Shown piece by piece: positions 46,439-59,793 of a stretch of 64,000 nucleotides of DNA; position 1 is the stretch's first letter, and the number at the start of each line of letters is the position of its first letter. The translations under genes were made by a program, and so were the position numbers. Origin of the DNA: Felis catus. Lineage: Eukaryota. The stretch spans positions 4,650,001-4,714,000 of the forward strand of contig NC_058378.1 of NCBI RefSeq assembly GCF_018350175.1, in the 5' to 3' direction. The notes under the pieces were generated by a model. It had not been told where the DNA came from and made no database searches. It saw only the letters and a list, made by a program, of their open reading frames with translations.

Positions 46439-46590
46439 AGAAAATGCTGGCCTTCTTTCCACATTGGGAGACTTCAGGGTTGCCCTGTTTCCACTACACA
46501 GTGATGTTTCACCTGTCGTAAAATTACGATGTTCCTGGTTTGCGACCTCCATTTGCAGTATTAAGTGTTTTTGAAACACTATGGTCAGCA
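46439..46590 (-). pseudogene. Relic exon, DDX60-like, open frame
   Basis: Acceptor gtcttag| and donor TCT|gtacgt. VFQKHLILQMEVANQEHRNFTTGE...NVERRPAFS resembles DDX60 DFTTFLRIVSKLADMNQEY...KEGRVAIS. Confidence 0.45.
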
Positions 46591-47019
46591 CTAAGACTTA
46601 ACTGCTAAGTAACAAACAAGGTTTGAGTGTAACTAGAAAAATGCATGAAGCATTCATCTTGTCACATGGCCTACAGACTTCTCCTGGTTTTCCCTGTTAT
46701 GGGAACAAGCTAATGACTGGCTCAAGTGTAACTGCAATTGACTGTCGCTCAGCAAATATCTGTTGAATCCTCTTTACGTGCCACAGTCCTAATCAGTGAG
46801 GCAACCATGCTGGGCTGTGATCCCTTCTCTTGAGTCTGACCGTGTGACTAAGACAATTTACTATAAGTCTAAATATAAGGTATGTGGTTAAGTGTAACCA
46901 TGGGACACAATGTAATGAGAGTGGACTCTGCCACCTTGGCGTGACCACGTGCCATCCACGCGACCTCTCCACGCTTCAATATCTTCACTTCAAAATAAAG
47001 ATGTAAGGGTTATTGTATT

Positions 47020-47440
47020 TTTATATTTTTAATGTTTATTTATTTTTGAGAGAAAAAGAGAGACACAGAAAGAGTGTGAGCAGGGGAGAGGAAGGGAAAG
47101 AGGGAGACACAGAATCCGAAGCAGGCTCCAGGCTCCGAGCTGTCAGCACAGAGCCCGACGCGGGGCTCGAACCCACAAACCACGAGATCATGACCTGAAG
47201 TTGGACACTTAACCAACTGAGCCACCCAGGCACCCCTATTTAGTTTTTAAATGTTTGTTTATTTTAAGAGAGAGAGAAAGCGTGCATGCGAGCCAGGGAG
47301 TGGTAGAGAGAGAACCCCAAGCAGGCTCCGTGCTGTCAGCACAGAGCCTGAGGTGGGGCTTGATCCCAGGAACCTTGAGATCATGACCTGAGCCAAAATC
47401 AAGAATCAGATACCTAACTGACTATGCCACTCAGGCACCC
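47020..47440 (-). mobile_element. Two adjacent Can-SINEs (47020-47235 and 47243-47440)
   Basis: Two reverse-complement bodies; aagggttatt flanks the pair. Confidence 0.92.
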
Positions 47441-47557
47441 CAGAGACAGAAGGGTTATTTTAAAGACTGAATGACAGTACTATGTGCATGGCCTGTAATA
47501 AAGGTTCACTAAAACTGGTTATTGCTAGTATTGTTATGCAAATTACATCAGTTTTGT

Positions 47558-47637
47558 AATAGAAGTTGAAGACAAAACACAGCACAGAGGTAGGAGCAAT
47601 AGAAGTTGAAGACAAAACACAGCACAGAGGTAGGAGC
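47558..47637. repeat. Perfect 40-bp tandem duplication
   Basis: aatagaagttgaagacaaaacacagcacagaggtaggagc x2. Confidence 0.95.
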
Positions 47638-48559
47638 ATTGCCTTCCTAAATATCTACTCATCGAATTATCATTGGGTAAGAAAGGCAGAGTGGACTGAG
47701 AGAAGTTTAGAATCCAGTAAAGCAGAGTTCACGTCTCGGCCCAGCCATAGGCTTCGTGAGTTGCTTAGGCAACTTCCTAAGCTTTTCTGAGTTTTAGTGT
47801 TTTCCTGTACAAATGGAGACAACCTGTCTTGCAGTGTTCAGGGCAATATCTGTGAAGCTAACACCTAGAGTGCTGAGTACAGGGCCCAGCATACGAAGAA
47901 TTTGCCATAAAAAGGTAGCAAATGTGATAGTGAGGAAGAGGGGTGTATAAGTGGATAAGGTTTGAATCAGGACCCGAAGTTCTGATCCACCGTAAGTGAG
48001 AATTCTTTTACTTGGAGACATACTAACTCTCGAACTGGTATTAAGAGGCTCTGCAGGCTTCTGTGTTTCTCTCAGTCTCCATCCTTGTTCAGACTTCAGC
48101 CACGCTGAGAGTCTTCCTACAGACCTTGCTTCACTTAGGAAGAAAAGGGACGCTGAAGACGGACGGACGGGTAAAACAGAACCTCCGCATCTTCTCCGTT
48201 AGTGGCACAGATGGCTCCTTTTAAAACCACACCAGGCAGAGTTTTGCCTTTTGCATTTTAAAGTCAGAAGTCATAAATTCTTATCATCTGTCTCCACGTT
48301 CAAATACTAAGACTGTCACATGGCCACAGTTCTGGGAGGAAGGGCCCCTTGGGTTATTGTAAAACTAGATGGTTATGATGTACAGTTCACGCTAATGAAG
48401 GTAGGCNNNNNNNNNNNNNNNNNNNNNNNNNNNNNNNNNNNNNNNNNNNNNNNNNNNNNNNNNNNNNNNNNNNNNNNNNNNNNNNNNNNNNNNNNNNNNN
48501 NNNNNNNNNNNNNNNNNNNNNNNNNNNNNNNNNNNNNNTCAGACTGGCTGGCTACCCAC

Positions 48560-48848
48560 CCAGAGCAATTTCCTCCATCTTTCAAAGTCCGAAGCAATGT
48601 AATGAGGGGTGGGCTAACAAATTCCACTGAGCTAAAATCATCCATTCAAAAACAATAATAACTCTTGTGAAAAACAGACTCGGAAACTGTGTACGCGTAG
48701 AGCAAGAACAAAGCAAAACAAAAATCCATGGTATCCAGAAAACCAGCAGATTGATAAGGCAAAACAAGGCAAAAGCAAATGTCACAACTATGAGTAGCAA
48801 ATCACAGAGTAATTTCACTCCATTGTTCATCTTAATCCTTCACAGGAT
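48560..48848 (-). pseudogene. Relic exon of the DDX60-like series
   Basis: Strong acceptor ttttattttcag| and donor |gtgggt. Non-repeat sequence with stops in all frames; only loose resemblance (LVLPYQSAGFLDTMD vs VFLDDLPEDFSDALD). Confidence 0.4.
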
Positions 48849-49549
48849 CTGAAAATAAAACAGCCAAGAAGTCCAGGACGAGTCATTACATTTTTCTGGA
48901 ATATATATTTATTAAGAATGCAGAAAGTGTTCAATGTCAAGGGCCCCAGCATAATCATCAAGAACATTTTGAAAATGTGAGCTTTGGAAAAGACGGCAGA
49001 AATGTTACTTTACCTTCATTGTTTCGCCGATGAAAAAAGTCAAAGCAGGGAGGAACAGAAGGAGAATTGATGTAACCTCCGCTATTATTAAGATGCATAT
49101 TTTTCTGTGCATTTTCTAGCCTTAATTTCTCATTCTTTTCCTTATTTGATCCACTGAGACAGTGGCGTATCATTACTCACTTGTTACACACAAGAACACT
49201 AAATACCAGACAGGATGAATACATTTTAAATGCCCATCTTTGAAATCAGCTCCCTCTGAAGCTGTGTTCCTAATAAGTGCACAGCATGTGTCTCGTCTAA
49301 TATTTCAGAGCTACCAGTATTGGTAGAGCCAGAATTGAGATCCAGATTCTGTGGTGTCAGGCAACCCTCCTGGTAGGCCGGACTGCAAGCCTATAAATTC
49401 TGAACACATCTCTGTGGACTGTTTGCTTCTAGTTGTGGAAATTCAATGGTATTAAAAAGGAAAGTTCCCTGGAAGAAGTGAGTTAATCCAGAAACTGTCC
49501 AGTGGTACTGTAATAATTTTCCTTGTTTATTTACATATTTCATCTGTTG

Positions 49550-50110
49550 TGTTCATCGGTTTATCCTTATTTCCTAGAACAGAGCCTGGAACACTGTAAG
49601 TGCCTAATTAATAGCTTTTAAGATGAGCGACTTTATTATGTGTCTACAATATGCTGCTAGACCCTGTTTAAGGGGCTAGGACAATGGTGAAGAAATAAAG
49701 GTTCTACAATATGGAACTTCTAGTAGTTGAGAGAGATAGTCAGTGAACACACAAATACCAAAATAACTTTCAAAAGAAGGTAATGAAGAAAATAAAATGG
49801 GACGATGTGACACGGCGTAAGTTGGTGGGCACCTCGGGGGAGTTCTTTTCAAAGTGTTGGACGCTTGAGCTGAACTCTAAATCTCAAGAAGAATGCAGCT
49901 GTATGAAAATCTGTGGGGAGAGGAATTCCAGATAGAGAGGACAGCAGGTGCACATGCTCTAAGGCCGGAATAAGATGGGGGACTCTGAGGAAGAGAAGGA
50001 AGCGTGGCTTGAGCTGAGAGGATGCGCAGGAATGTGAAAGGAAGGGAGGCAGAAGACGTAGGTGCAGGATGGAGACTGGCGGCCCCTGGGGGACTTCAAA
50101 AATACTGATG
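49550..50110. mobile_element. L2 fragments
   Basis: cctagaacagagcctggaacactgtaagtgc and ttgagctgaactct...gggagaggaattccag...gcagg motifs. Confidence 0.6.
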
Positions 50111-50145
50111 CCCATGATAGATTCCAGTTATAAGGGGGACCATAC

Positions 50146-50650
50146 ATTTCCCTGTTTGACTTGTGTCATGTAGCATCATGCCCTCAGGTTTTATCCATGC
50201 TGTTGCAAGGGGCAGGATTTCCCTCTTCTTCTTACAGCTGATTAATATTCTATTACATGTGTTACATATATCACATTTTCTTTATCCATTCCTCCCTCAA
50301 TAGACTTAGCTTGGCCATTGGGAATAATGTTGCAATGAACGTGGCGGTGTAGATATCTCTTCAAGGTACCGATTTCGTTTCTTTGGGGCCAGGAACTGGG
50401 TGGGGGGGGAATGGGGAAATGTTGGTCAAAGTGTATAAATTTTCAATTGTAAGATGAATAAGTTCTGAGGGATCTAATGTACGGCATGGTGACCACAGCT
50501 AACAATATTGTATTGTATACTTGAAATCTGGTAAGATAGCAGATATTAAATGTTCTCATCACACACATAAATGGTAACTATGTAATGTGATGAGTGTGTT
50601 ACTCATCTTACTGTGGTAATCATTTCACAATATGCATGTATATAATTTGT
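50146..50650. mobile_element. L1 (L1MA-type) 3' end with inverted 5' segment
   Basis: 50146-50386 is antisense L1 and ~50387-50650 is the sense 3' UTR (gatgaataagttctgagggatctaatgtac). Confidence 0.8.
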
Positions 50651-50859
50651 AATTTAAAAATTTTAATATTTATTTTTGAGAGAGACATAGAGCATGAGTG
50701 GGGTAGGGACAGAGAGAGAGGGAGACACAGAATCCGAAGCAGGTTTCAGGCTCCTAGCTGTCAGCACAGAGCTCAACACAGGGCTCGAACTCACAAACCA
50801 AGAGATCTTGACCTGTATGGAAGTTGGACACTTAACCAACTGAGCCACCCCGGCACCCC
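50650..50859 (-). mobile_element. Can-SINE
   Basis: Reverse-complement element. Confidence 0.92.
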
Positions 50860-52410
50860 TAAAATTTTAAACTGATAATTAACCAGTTTGTCTAGATTGA
50901 GCTGTGCAAAAGGAGTATTTTTAAAATCTATTTCGTAATTTGGGGGCTATCTCCCCAAACAAAATCGGTTGGGAGAACCATTTAACTCATGCATTTGGCA
51001 ACTGTAGGCAGACAAGGCAGGTAACTCAGAGTAATTATCATACCTTTTTTGCCGAATATATGTGTGCATTTAAAAGAATAATGTGCTTCAACCTCTCATT
51101 TTCTCTGTTGGAGCACAGTCTGCCCCTATTTATTTTAATGCTTTTGGTTGCTGTTGGTAACTATGATCTTATGTTTCTGTTGATTCAATTTTAAAGATCG
51201 TACTTCATTAGATTACAAAAAGAGGGGGAAAGAAAAGCACCTTCAAATATTTAGATTAAAGCATCCTGTGTAGTAAGAGTCTGATTGTCAATTACAATAA
51301 ACTTTGTGTGAGGAAACAGAGATCAACAGTAAAACCACAGAAAATGTCTTCCCCCCCCCCCCCCCACCAGCCTCTCCTTCAGTGGGTGGGGTTTCCTTTG
51401 GGGTAGTCGCCATGGGCTTGTCAGCCAGCCCTCCCAGTCACTGGTGCTCTTGCTCACCCCTCACACAATGTACTTCACGGTCCTGTTCCATCAGAGAGAA
51501 AGAACTTTCCTTTACTGCTAATTAGAGTAGCCATGTTTCCTCAGGCGCAGGCAGCATTCTGAGGGATGATGTAACCCAAAACCAGGGTTGTGTGATAAGT
51601 CAGTACAATTTAATGGAATAGAGAAGGCATTATTTTCTCTGTGGAATACACGATATTACTTCTGTATCAGACAGAAAGGCTGAAAGCACTAAAGGCATTT
51701 TGTTTTCCCCCTTAGATTATAAAGATGGAGAGACAGACAGGAAATTCTTTCAGATTGCTAAATCAATCTAAGAAGGTTTGTATATTAAAAACAATCACAG
51801 GCTTCTGACTCATTGTCAGACAATTTGTAAACAAACAGTTATCGATTCCTATCACTGCTCAGAAAGTGTATTTGCTTGTGTGCTTGGGAACCAAAGCAGA
51901 CATTACAAGTTGGTTACCAATATGGATGCATTTGAAAAAACAAACAAACAAACAAACAAAGTCAGGGAATGTGAACTGCGTTGTTCCCAAACATAAGCAT
52001 TTTAATATGGGCTGCAGGAGAGCAACTCGACGACCTTGCAAGTCCCTAAGTTTAAGGCAAAAATTCTGTGGTTAAAATGCTCTTGGCCATTGTATTTATA
52101 GCTCTCAAAACTTCCCAAGGTTACAGGTTGCTGTTTTTAGATATCCTCAGTTTCGGTGCTACCAATTTTATCTAATGCTTTGGTTTATTTGGAGAGGGGG
52201 AGTAGTTTGGGGAGAAAAACATTCTGTTCCTATTGTTTTACTCAGGACGCAAAAGTGAGCATGTCTGAGGCTCACTCTAAGAAATAATATACTAGAAAAG
52301 CGGTATGTTTAGTGTTTCAAAAAGCTGTATCTGCTGGGGCTTATAAGCCCAAGGAAAAAAACTGCCTACATATTTTGAGAAAGAACAGTGAAATGTGTGC
52401 TTCTCTCTCC

Positions 52411-52622
52411 AAAAAAAAAAAAATTAATGTTTATTTACTTTTGAGAGAGAGACAAAGTGTGAGCAGGGAAGGGGCAGAGAGAGGGAGACCCAGAATCCAA
52501 AGCAGGCTCCAGGCTCTGAGCTGTCAGCACAGAGCCCGACGCAGGGCTCGAATCCACAAACTGGGAGATCATGACCTGAGCCGAAGTTGGACACTTAACT
52601 GACTGAGCCACCCAGGCGCCCC
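52411..52622 (-). mobile_element. Can-SINE
   Basis: Reverse-complement element; aaatgtgtg(c/t)ttctct on both flanks. Confidence 0.95.
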
Positions 52623-53344
52623 AAATGTGTGTTTCTCTTAAACACATCGATAAGTTCCCTAATACATGAAGTAGAGTGGTCTGCTGAGGGACCAGCCATG
52701 AGATATGGGGCAGTTGTGAAAACTCACCTGAAGTTCTCAAACCTGCTTTATTTTCTGAGGACTGAATCTATTCCACAGTAAAGCAGTCAGGAATCTATTC
52801 CACAGTAAAGCAATTTTGAATAATTAAATCCACTGAGACTTAATGATTAGGACTCAAGCTTCTATTTCACAATGTACCCATTCTCAAAAATGTCAGCTAG
52901 CATTAGCTGTGAAAAATTCTTTTCTATGTGTCTGCGACACAGTCCCTTCCTAGGAAAAACTAAAAAAAAAAAAAAACAAAAAAAAACTGTACAATACAAC
53001 CTAGCAAATAAGCGCCATAGAGACAGTCCAAAAGGGAACCTCGAAAAGGGAAGGATGTGACAAAGATTTATTTGCTTATTTTGCTTTTTGTGTTTGAAAT
53101 ACTGAACTAAATAAAGAGCCAAACAGTATAGCTGGTAATAAAGATATACATTTTTGTAAATTACTGATTAAGCCTATTTTTAATAGATTAGAGATCATTG
53201 CAATTTGCTCCAATGCAGTGACAGAACACTTTTCAGTTTCCTGTTAGAGTAAATGCAACATTCAAAAGCATCTAACTTGCTAAATCAGATGGGAAAATCC
53301 CTGACATTGAGATTTGCCACTCTGAAACTTTTTCACTAAAATAC

Positions 53345-53556
53345 CCATAATTAGTCCCGTAAATAGAAGAAACTTCTGCTCCTGAAGTGTGTGTTTAGTC
53401 TGAAAACAGACTCGAGACTTAATTTTTTCAAAGACTCATATTTTATAACCCTATGGACTGTGGATGCTATTCTGTCATACACACTTTGGTCTCCATATGT
53501 CCTCCACCAAGTGATAGTGTAAAATGATGCCATGAAGCCGTGCCGTCGTGTCGGAC
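53345..53556 (-). pseudogene. Relic exon, DDX60-like
   Basis: Acceptor atttgtcag| and donor TGG|gtattt. HGF and GIILHYHLVE (two frames) resemble DDX60 MGFAGLVSHLHYHE; VFRLNTHFRSRSFF resembles LVLAHLFGRRYFP. Confidence 0.45.
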
Positions 53557-54169
53557 CTGACAAATCTTCCAGCCCAGAACAAAACAGATGGTAGAAATAA
53601 GCGTGTCTCCATTATAAAGAAACTCATTGGGGACAGTGGCACTAGACGGTACCTCGAGTTTTTTCCATATAAATAACGTATTCTAAAAAATGTACAACAT
53701 TTATTGCAGAAACAGTAAAGTGTTTGGATTGGCTATTTTAAGGTCAACCCCAGACTAGAACCAAACCCACACTTGTTACATGACCTGAAAGAGGCCAAGC
53801 GGGCTGTGGTCACGATTGTGTATACAAACCGCCCACTCAGGGTGCCATGCCAGGGTTGCTGTGTGTGTGCCAGCCGTTACTGTTACACACGTGGAACTGT
53901 ACACGCTTGTTCTGGGTATGGCAGCTGGAGCAGGTGCTGGCACCACTGTGACGAACAGCCAGCCAGAAACAGGCTGATGACAGGAGGATGAATCAAGCAA
54001 ACCGACATGTATCTATGTTACAAAGACTCTCGCTGTCTGGACGAACTAACTATACAATTGATTGCAAAATTGCAGTAACCATTGGAACATCCACGATACA
54101 TCGTTTTAGGGACAGGACCTTCGTTCCTGTCTGCTGACATATATTTTTCCATTAAAACAATCTATGATT

Positions 54170-54380
54170 GTGGCGCTTGAGTGGCTCAGTCGGTTAAGTG
54201 TGCCGCTCAGCTCAGGTCATCTCACGGTTCATGGGTTCAAGCCCTGCATCAGGCTCTGTGCTGATGGCTCAGAGCCTGAAGCCTGCTTTGGAGTCCGTGT
54301 CTCCCTCTCTCTCTGCCCCTCCCCCACTCTCACTCTCTCTCTGTCTCAAAAATAAATAAACATTAAAAAAATTAAAAAAA
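54170..54380 (+). mobile_element. Can-SINE
   Basis: TSD aatctatgat. Confidence 0.92.
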
Positions 54381-54599
54381 ATCTATGATAGTGAAGCATC
54401 AATCCATCAATAAACTGTAAATTCTCAATCAATTAGAATGCAAGACCAACTGAACATTTAAAAATCCAGATAACCTTAAAAATCATTCCAAAGGAATAGG
54501 CACACACACTGGCAAAATATGGTTCACAGCAATGTACAATTTACATAAGAGATTTGAATTCTTAAAAGGAAAGCATTTAAGCCCATTAGTGGATTTATC

Positions 54600-54822
54600 T
54601 TTAAAAAAATTTTTTTAATGTGTATTTATTTTTGAACGAGAGAGAGAGATAGAGCACGAGCTGGGAGAGGGACAGAGAGAGAGAGGGAGACACAGAATCC
54701 GAAGCAGGCTCCAGGCTCTGAGCTGTCAGCACAGAGCCCAACACAGGGCTTGAACTCACGAACCATGAGATCCTGACCTGAGCCGAAGTCGGACGCTTAA
54801 CCAATTGAGCCACCTAGGCACC
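54600..54822 (-). mobile_element. Can-SINE
   Basis: Reverse-complement element. Confidence 0.92.
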
Positions 54823-55498
54823 TCTTATTTACATTTTCATTTTGCCTGAACACGTGATGCAACTAAAAGCTCCCGTGGAACACCAGTCCACAGAACTTAA
54901 CCCAAAACTCCAATCACACGCAGTGGTAATTCTGCACACATCTCCTGGCCCTCTTTACAGAAGAGGCGTCTGCGGTGGTAGCTTCACCATGTCCGATAAA
55001 TGGAAAGGTCAGCTGACTCACTAAAGGAAAGAAATCAGGCAAAGCAAACCTGGTAACTGCGCCCTTCACTTTTCTGTCTGTAGTAGTAACACCACAGTGT
55101 CATCCTCAGAACACATACTAAGAAAACAGGACATGTTTGGAAATTGACACCGGCACTCAGGATCAGAATTGGAAGACACTTTAATGAAATCTAAGGCAAA
55201 TAAAATGCCATGTTAATAAAGCGGAAATTCTTGGTAAAATAAATAATGTCATATAATACTCATTTGTACACGTGTTATATGAAAGAACTCCTTCCTCACT
55301 GTAGTATTAAAAGGACTAATCTAGACATTTTGAGTGACATTCCAAGGTTAATGTTCCTAGTGAATGTCAGAGATTTTTAGAACCCTGGTTACCAATATTC
55401 TTTATACATTGTGTAAAAATGTAGACTAAAGGTGATGATATATTTATTATATATATAACAAAGTAGGGTGGCCATATAATTTATCATCAAGCCAGCAC

Positions 55499-55706
55499 CC
55501 TTTTGGAGACGAAGGATGCTGATAATAACTGCATCAGGATATGGAACATAAACACAGATTTTCCTGGACTGACAGAGACACTTGCTTCCCCTAGAAAGGG
55601 TTATCACAACTTCACGCACAGGACAGTAAGGGAGGAAGTTTCGGCTTGCTTCACGATCAGAGAAAATGTGACGTTTTGCAAATTTAAATACATTCTCTGT
55701 CCCCAT
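55499..55706 (-). pseudogene. Possible relic exon, DDX60-like; boundaries uncertain
   Basis: One frame is open (ORF 55389..55706). Another gives VFMFHILMQLLSASFVSKR, resembling DDX60 LYFLFSLQFLVKEGYLDQE. Splice sites are weak. Confidence 0.33.
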
Positions 55707-56459
55707 CTCATTAACAGCAGAATGTATATCTCAAACATCAAGTGTGGAACAGGTGCTCACATGTGCTGTGATTATTTGGATACAGGGAACATACAGATAT
55801 GGGGTAGTTTTTGACCTAAGAAAATTAGAGTCAAAAGTCTAAGAACAAGGAAAGACCAAGGGAAGTAAGTTGATTCATAAGAGCTTTGTTATAATTTTAA
55901 ATCATAGGACAAAGTCCTTGGAACTAATTTTTAACACAAGTTTTCACTAAAACTGAATTAAAACTATAAGTTAATTTTATAGATTCAGTTATGACTATCT
56001 AAGTATCCCACTTTCAATATATTTGATTCATGGCTGAACATAATGTGTATGTGGTTTTTTTTCTACATTATAAACTAGAACTTTTTCTTATTATATTTAT
56101 TATGACTCCTATTAGAAAAAAACATATTCTATGAAGTGAGTTTACTCAGTTATTTGCATGACATTTTAACCCAAAGTTGTGATTGCCTGTCAAAGGGTAA
56201 CAGGAATAAACATTTTCTCATTTATCCTCTCACTCAATAAATATTCATCACAATGATTCTCAAAATTAGCAGAAATAAGAGTTAACCTGGAGGGAGGGCT
56301 AGTCACAGCACAGCTTACTGGAGCCTGGCTTCAGAGTTTGAGATTCAGGGGGAATACGGTAGGGTCTAAGAATTGGCATTTCTAACATGTTTCTAAAAAG
56401 TTGCCAGGTCATTCTACCGCTGCTGGTCTGGGCGCTACACTTTGAGGAAATGCTGATGT

Positions 56460-57950
56460 ATTGAACATACAATATTTGCCGAGTGCTGTGTGCTGGGGAG
56501 ACAGCAATAAATGGCAAAACAGGCAAACATCCCTGACCTCAGGGACTGTATGTTCTAGTGGACGGAGACATCCAATAAATACGTAATTAAAATATACGGC
56601 ATGTTAGGTAGTAGTAAATGGCATGCCGTGAAGAAAACAATACAAGAAGCGGAATGTTTGATAAAGTGTGTGTGTCAGGAGTGGGGGGGCGGGTGTGATG
56701 AACAGGGTGGTCTGAGAGCCATTACTCAGCAGGTGAGATTCAGCCTAAGACTTCAGAGAGCTGGAGGGTGAGTTAGAGACGTCTGGAGGGACAGTCAGTT
56801 CAAAGGCAGCGAGGCTGCAACGCCTGGCCAAGGTCAAAGAACAGGAGGAAGAGCAGAAAGGGTGGGGTTGGGGGAGTGACCACGAGAAGAAGGGGACAAG
56901 GCAGGGAGGCAGTGGGAAAATCATCCAGGTGGGGCCTTTGCAGACCCCGGAGCGGTCTTCGGCTTTTGTTCTGGGCAACGAGTAAAAATGGGTAAAAATT
57001 TGAGCAGAGAAATGGCCTTAGCTGATGTGCATTTTCATGGCTGAAAATAAGACTGGAATACCAGAAGTAGGTGTGGGCTGGATGTACATTTGGGAGCCAC
57101 CATCATACTGGCGTTTACAACTGTGAAACTCATGAGCTCACCAAAGAATGAGTGAATCCAGAGAGGAGAAGTCGTCCAAGAACTGGCCCTGGGGAAATCC
57201 AACTTTAGAGGCCAGATAAAATAAGACAACAGCAAAGAGGCTGAGAAGGAGCAGCCTTGAAGTAGGATGAAAACCAGCAGCTACTGGCATTCTGGAAACC
57301 AAGTGAAGGGGCGAATCATTAGGAAGGTGATTCTCAGCTGCTCGTAGATCAACTAAGGAGAGTGACGGCAACGACCGCCTCACCCAAGCGGCGCGAAGTC
57401 AGGTGGTGACATTGGTTAGAGCTGCTTCAGTGGTGAGGTGGAGACTGAAACTTGACTCGAGCATTTCAACGTGCGGATGGGAAGCCAGGGTGGAGAGAGA
57501 CAGTGCATGCAGGCAACCCATTCTTGAGTTCTGCTGTCAGAGAAGAGACACATGGCGGGAGGGTGGTGACAGCTGGAGTAAATGTTAGAGCAAGGAGAGG
57601 GTTTGCTTGGCTAAGATGGGAGAAGGTACTGAAAATCTGTAAGCTGGTGGTTATAATCCAGTAGAGGGAGAAACGTTGATGGTGCAGAGAAACAGCAGAT
57701 CATACTGGCACGATACGCTCGAGGAGGAGGGAGAGCTGAGGTCTTACGCGCAGGGAGAAGTTACATCAAAACACAAACATTCATCCATAGTCACAGGAAG
57801 GGAGACACAATACATGGTGTAGATGCAGGTGCATTAGCAGCAGTGGTGGGTGTTCCAGGGGAAATAGGATCACCGACTGAGAAAAAGCACAAGAAAGAGA
57901 CGCCAGAAGGTTCGAGGAGAGAGGAGAAGGTTTAAATATCCTCTAGTTGA
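56460..57950 (-). mobile_element. Long L2 fragment
   Basis: atatttgccgagtgc...gctgggggagacagcaataaa..., gaactggccctgggga, gcttcagtggtgaggtgg and other L2 motifs. Confidence 0.75.
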
Positions 57951-58047
57951 GACACAGAAAAAGAACGAGAGGAGAGAGCAGAGAGATTGAGAGATTGAGC
58001 TTCATTAGACAGAGAAGTGGAAGTAGAATGGCTGAGAACACGAATAC

Positions 58048-58234
58048 AATCCATCTGACATTTTGAAATTATTCCAATTAATATCTCCTGGGGATCTTTC
58101 CAAGTATTCGTATAAAGCTACTCATCAGAGCAACATATAACCTCCCACGATCTCCCTTTTTTAGAAACTTGGCAAAAAAGGCAGGTCATTTGTTGGATCC
58201 ATCCGTGAGTCTCTCCATAAAGAAATACACTCAA
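58048..58234 (-). pseudogene. Relic exon at the expected position of helicase motif VI
   Basis: Acceptor ttttgaaatcccag|. Fragments SVFL..., IQQMT and KKGDRGRLYV..RILGKI across frameshifts resemble DDX60 SVVF...YRQMSGRAGRRGQDLMGDVY...KIGKL. Confidence 0.4.
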
Positions 58235-58690
58235 CTGGGATTTCAAAATAAATTAGGATAAAACACACTAGTGAATTCTTGCTTTGTGAGATTTCATATA
58301 AAAATACGATGGATAAATTAGTATTGTATTTAGTGCTGTATCTCTTTGCCATCTTTGAAAACTTCAAAAACAGAAGTGTCTTAGTTGAGGTGAAAGGTAT
58401 TAAGGAGACAGGAGCTTTCACGTGCTGGCCCATCAGACCGTCTAGCTTTGCTCCTCAACTATTTTGTCAGAAGCACTCTAGGGGTCCATGAACTCTTCTA
58501 CATGTGAGGCCCCCAATTTTAATCAGTGTGTGTGGTTTTTTTTCCTACAATAAATATATACGGTGTTACAGCAGCATCTGTCAGGAACAGCAAGCATCTC
58601 CTAAAGGTCATAAGGGACAGAGGCAACTAGCTGTAACCGGCAAAAGGGATAGTATAAATACAAACGTGAGATGCAGAGACATGTGAAAAC

Positions 58691-58869
58691 CCGGCCTGGT
58701 ACATGTGTGAGCATCGACTCAGGGCAGAAAGAAAGGTTATCAATCAGCACTGTAACTCTAAAAACATCTGAGGGAATACGAAGATAATTAGAGATGCTGG
58801 TATGGACGTCTTTGTAAAGAAGGCTGCCTTTGTCAGAGACAGTGCTCTCGTGCAAGGTGCAGATTTCCA
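58691..58869 (-). pseudogene. Relic exon at the expected position of helicase motifs IVa/V, open frame
   Basis: Good acceptor ctctcaccctccag|. EICTLHESTVSDKGSLL...FRVTVLIDNLSF...HVP resembles DDX60 GIGYHHSAMSFKEKQL...LRVVTATGTLALGVNMP. Confidence 0.45.
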
Positions 58870-59548
58870 CTGGAGGGTGAGAGGATACAGAGCCGCACAG
58901 GGGAAAGGGCTCCGGAGGATGTAGGACACAAACCATAAAGACTCGGTTCTCACCTTCAAGAGGCTTAGAGTCTAATCAAGAAAGTACCTGTAAATCAAGC
59001 AGCGATATAAAAAATTCAAGATACTAAACTTTAAATATTTAGGGTTTTATCAAGTGCACGTAATATCCTCCAGGGCGAAACCGTCATGGGGAAGTTGGGT
59101 CCTCAGTCACGCGGCTGTCTGCCGGGAGCCCCATGGCACGCTGGCTCACTCTGACTGTCCTTGTCAACCTGGACACCCTTCAGAACGTTCTTGCAAGCTT
59201 TCCAGAAACACGGGTTCCTAGCCTCCACCATATCACTACTCAGGGGTCTGATGCCCACACCTGGCCGTGTAAGTTGTAGAAGGAGCTACTTCTGAGACAT
59301 TCTTATTTTCTCATTTCAGCTAAATCACTCAGATATTTTTTATCCAGAAAAAAAAAGTGAAAGACACTGTCATCACCATCAAGAGAGATGGTTTCCTTCA
59401 TTCATTTCTCCTAAACACATCAGGTTCCTGATCAAAATAAATGAAATCTAGAAGTTCTGTGTCATACAATAAAATCATGCTTTCTGATCTCATGTAAAAT
59501 TGTACCTTTCCTATATTTTATGCTGTATAAATCAGTTATAGTACACAT

Positions 59549-59621
59549 TTCTTTTTTTTCTTTAATTTTTATTTATTTATTTAGGAAGGGATAGAGAGAG
59601 AGAGCATGAGCAGGGGAGGGC

Positions 59622-59665
<44 letters not shown>

Positions 59666-59793
59666 TTCCAAGCAGGCTCAGCACTGTCAACACAAAGCCT
59701 GAAACAGAGCTCAAATCCCCAGAACCATGAAATCATGACCTGAGCCGAAACCTAGAGTTGGATGTTTAACCAACTGAGCCACCCGGACTCCCC
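59549..59793 (-). mobile_element. Can-SINE
   Basis: Reverse-complement element with (GA)n. Confidence 0.9.

Noticed and set aside
9712-48658. ORFs containing X runs
   Set aside because: Artefacts of the assembly gaps at 9726-9875, 10425-10783, 27206-27384, 36671-36980, 43395-43568 and 48407-48538.
48582-48830. 82-aa hydrophobic ORF as a transmembrane micropeptide
   Set aside because: T-rich strand bias gives Phe/Leu/Val richness. It lies in a relic exon and has no independent support.
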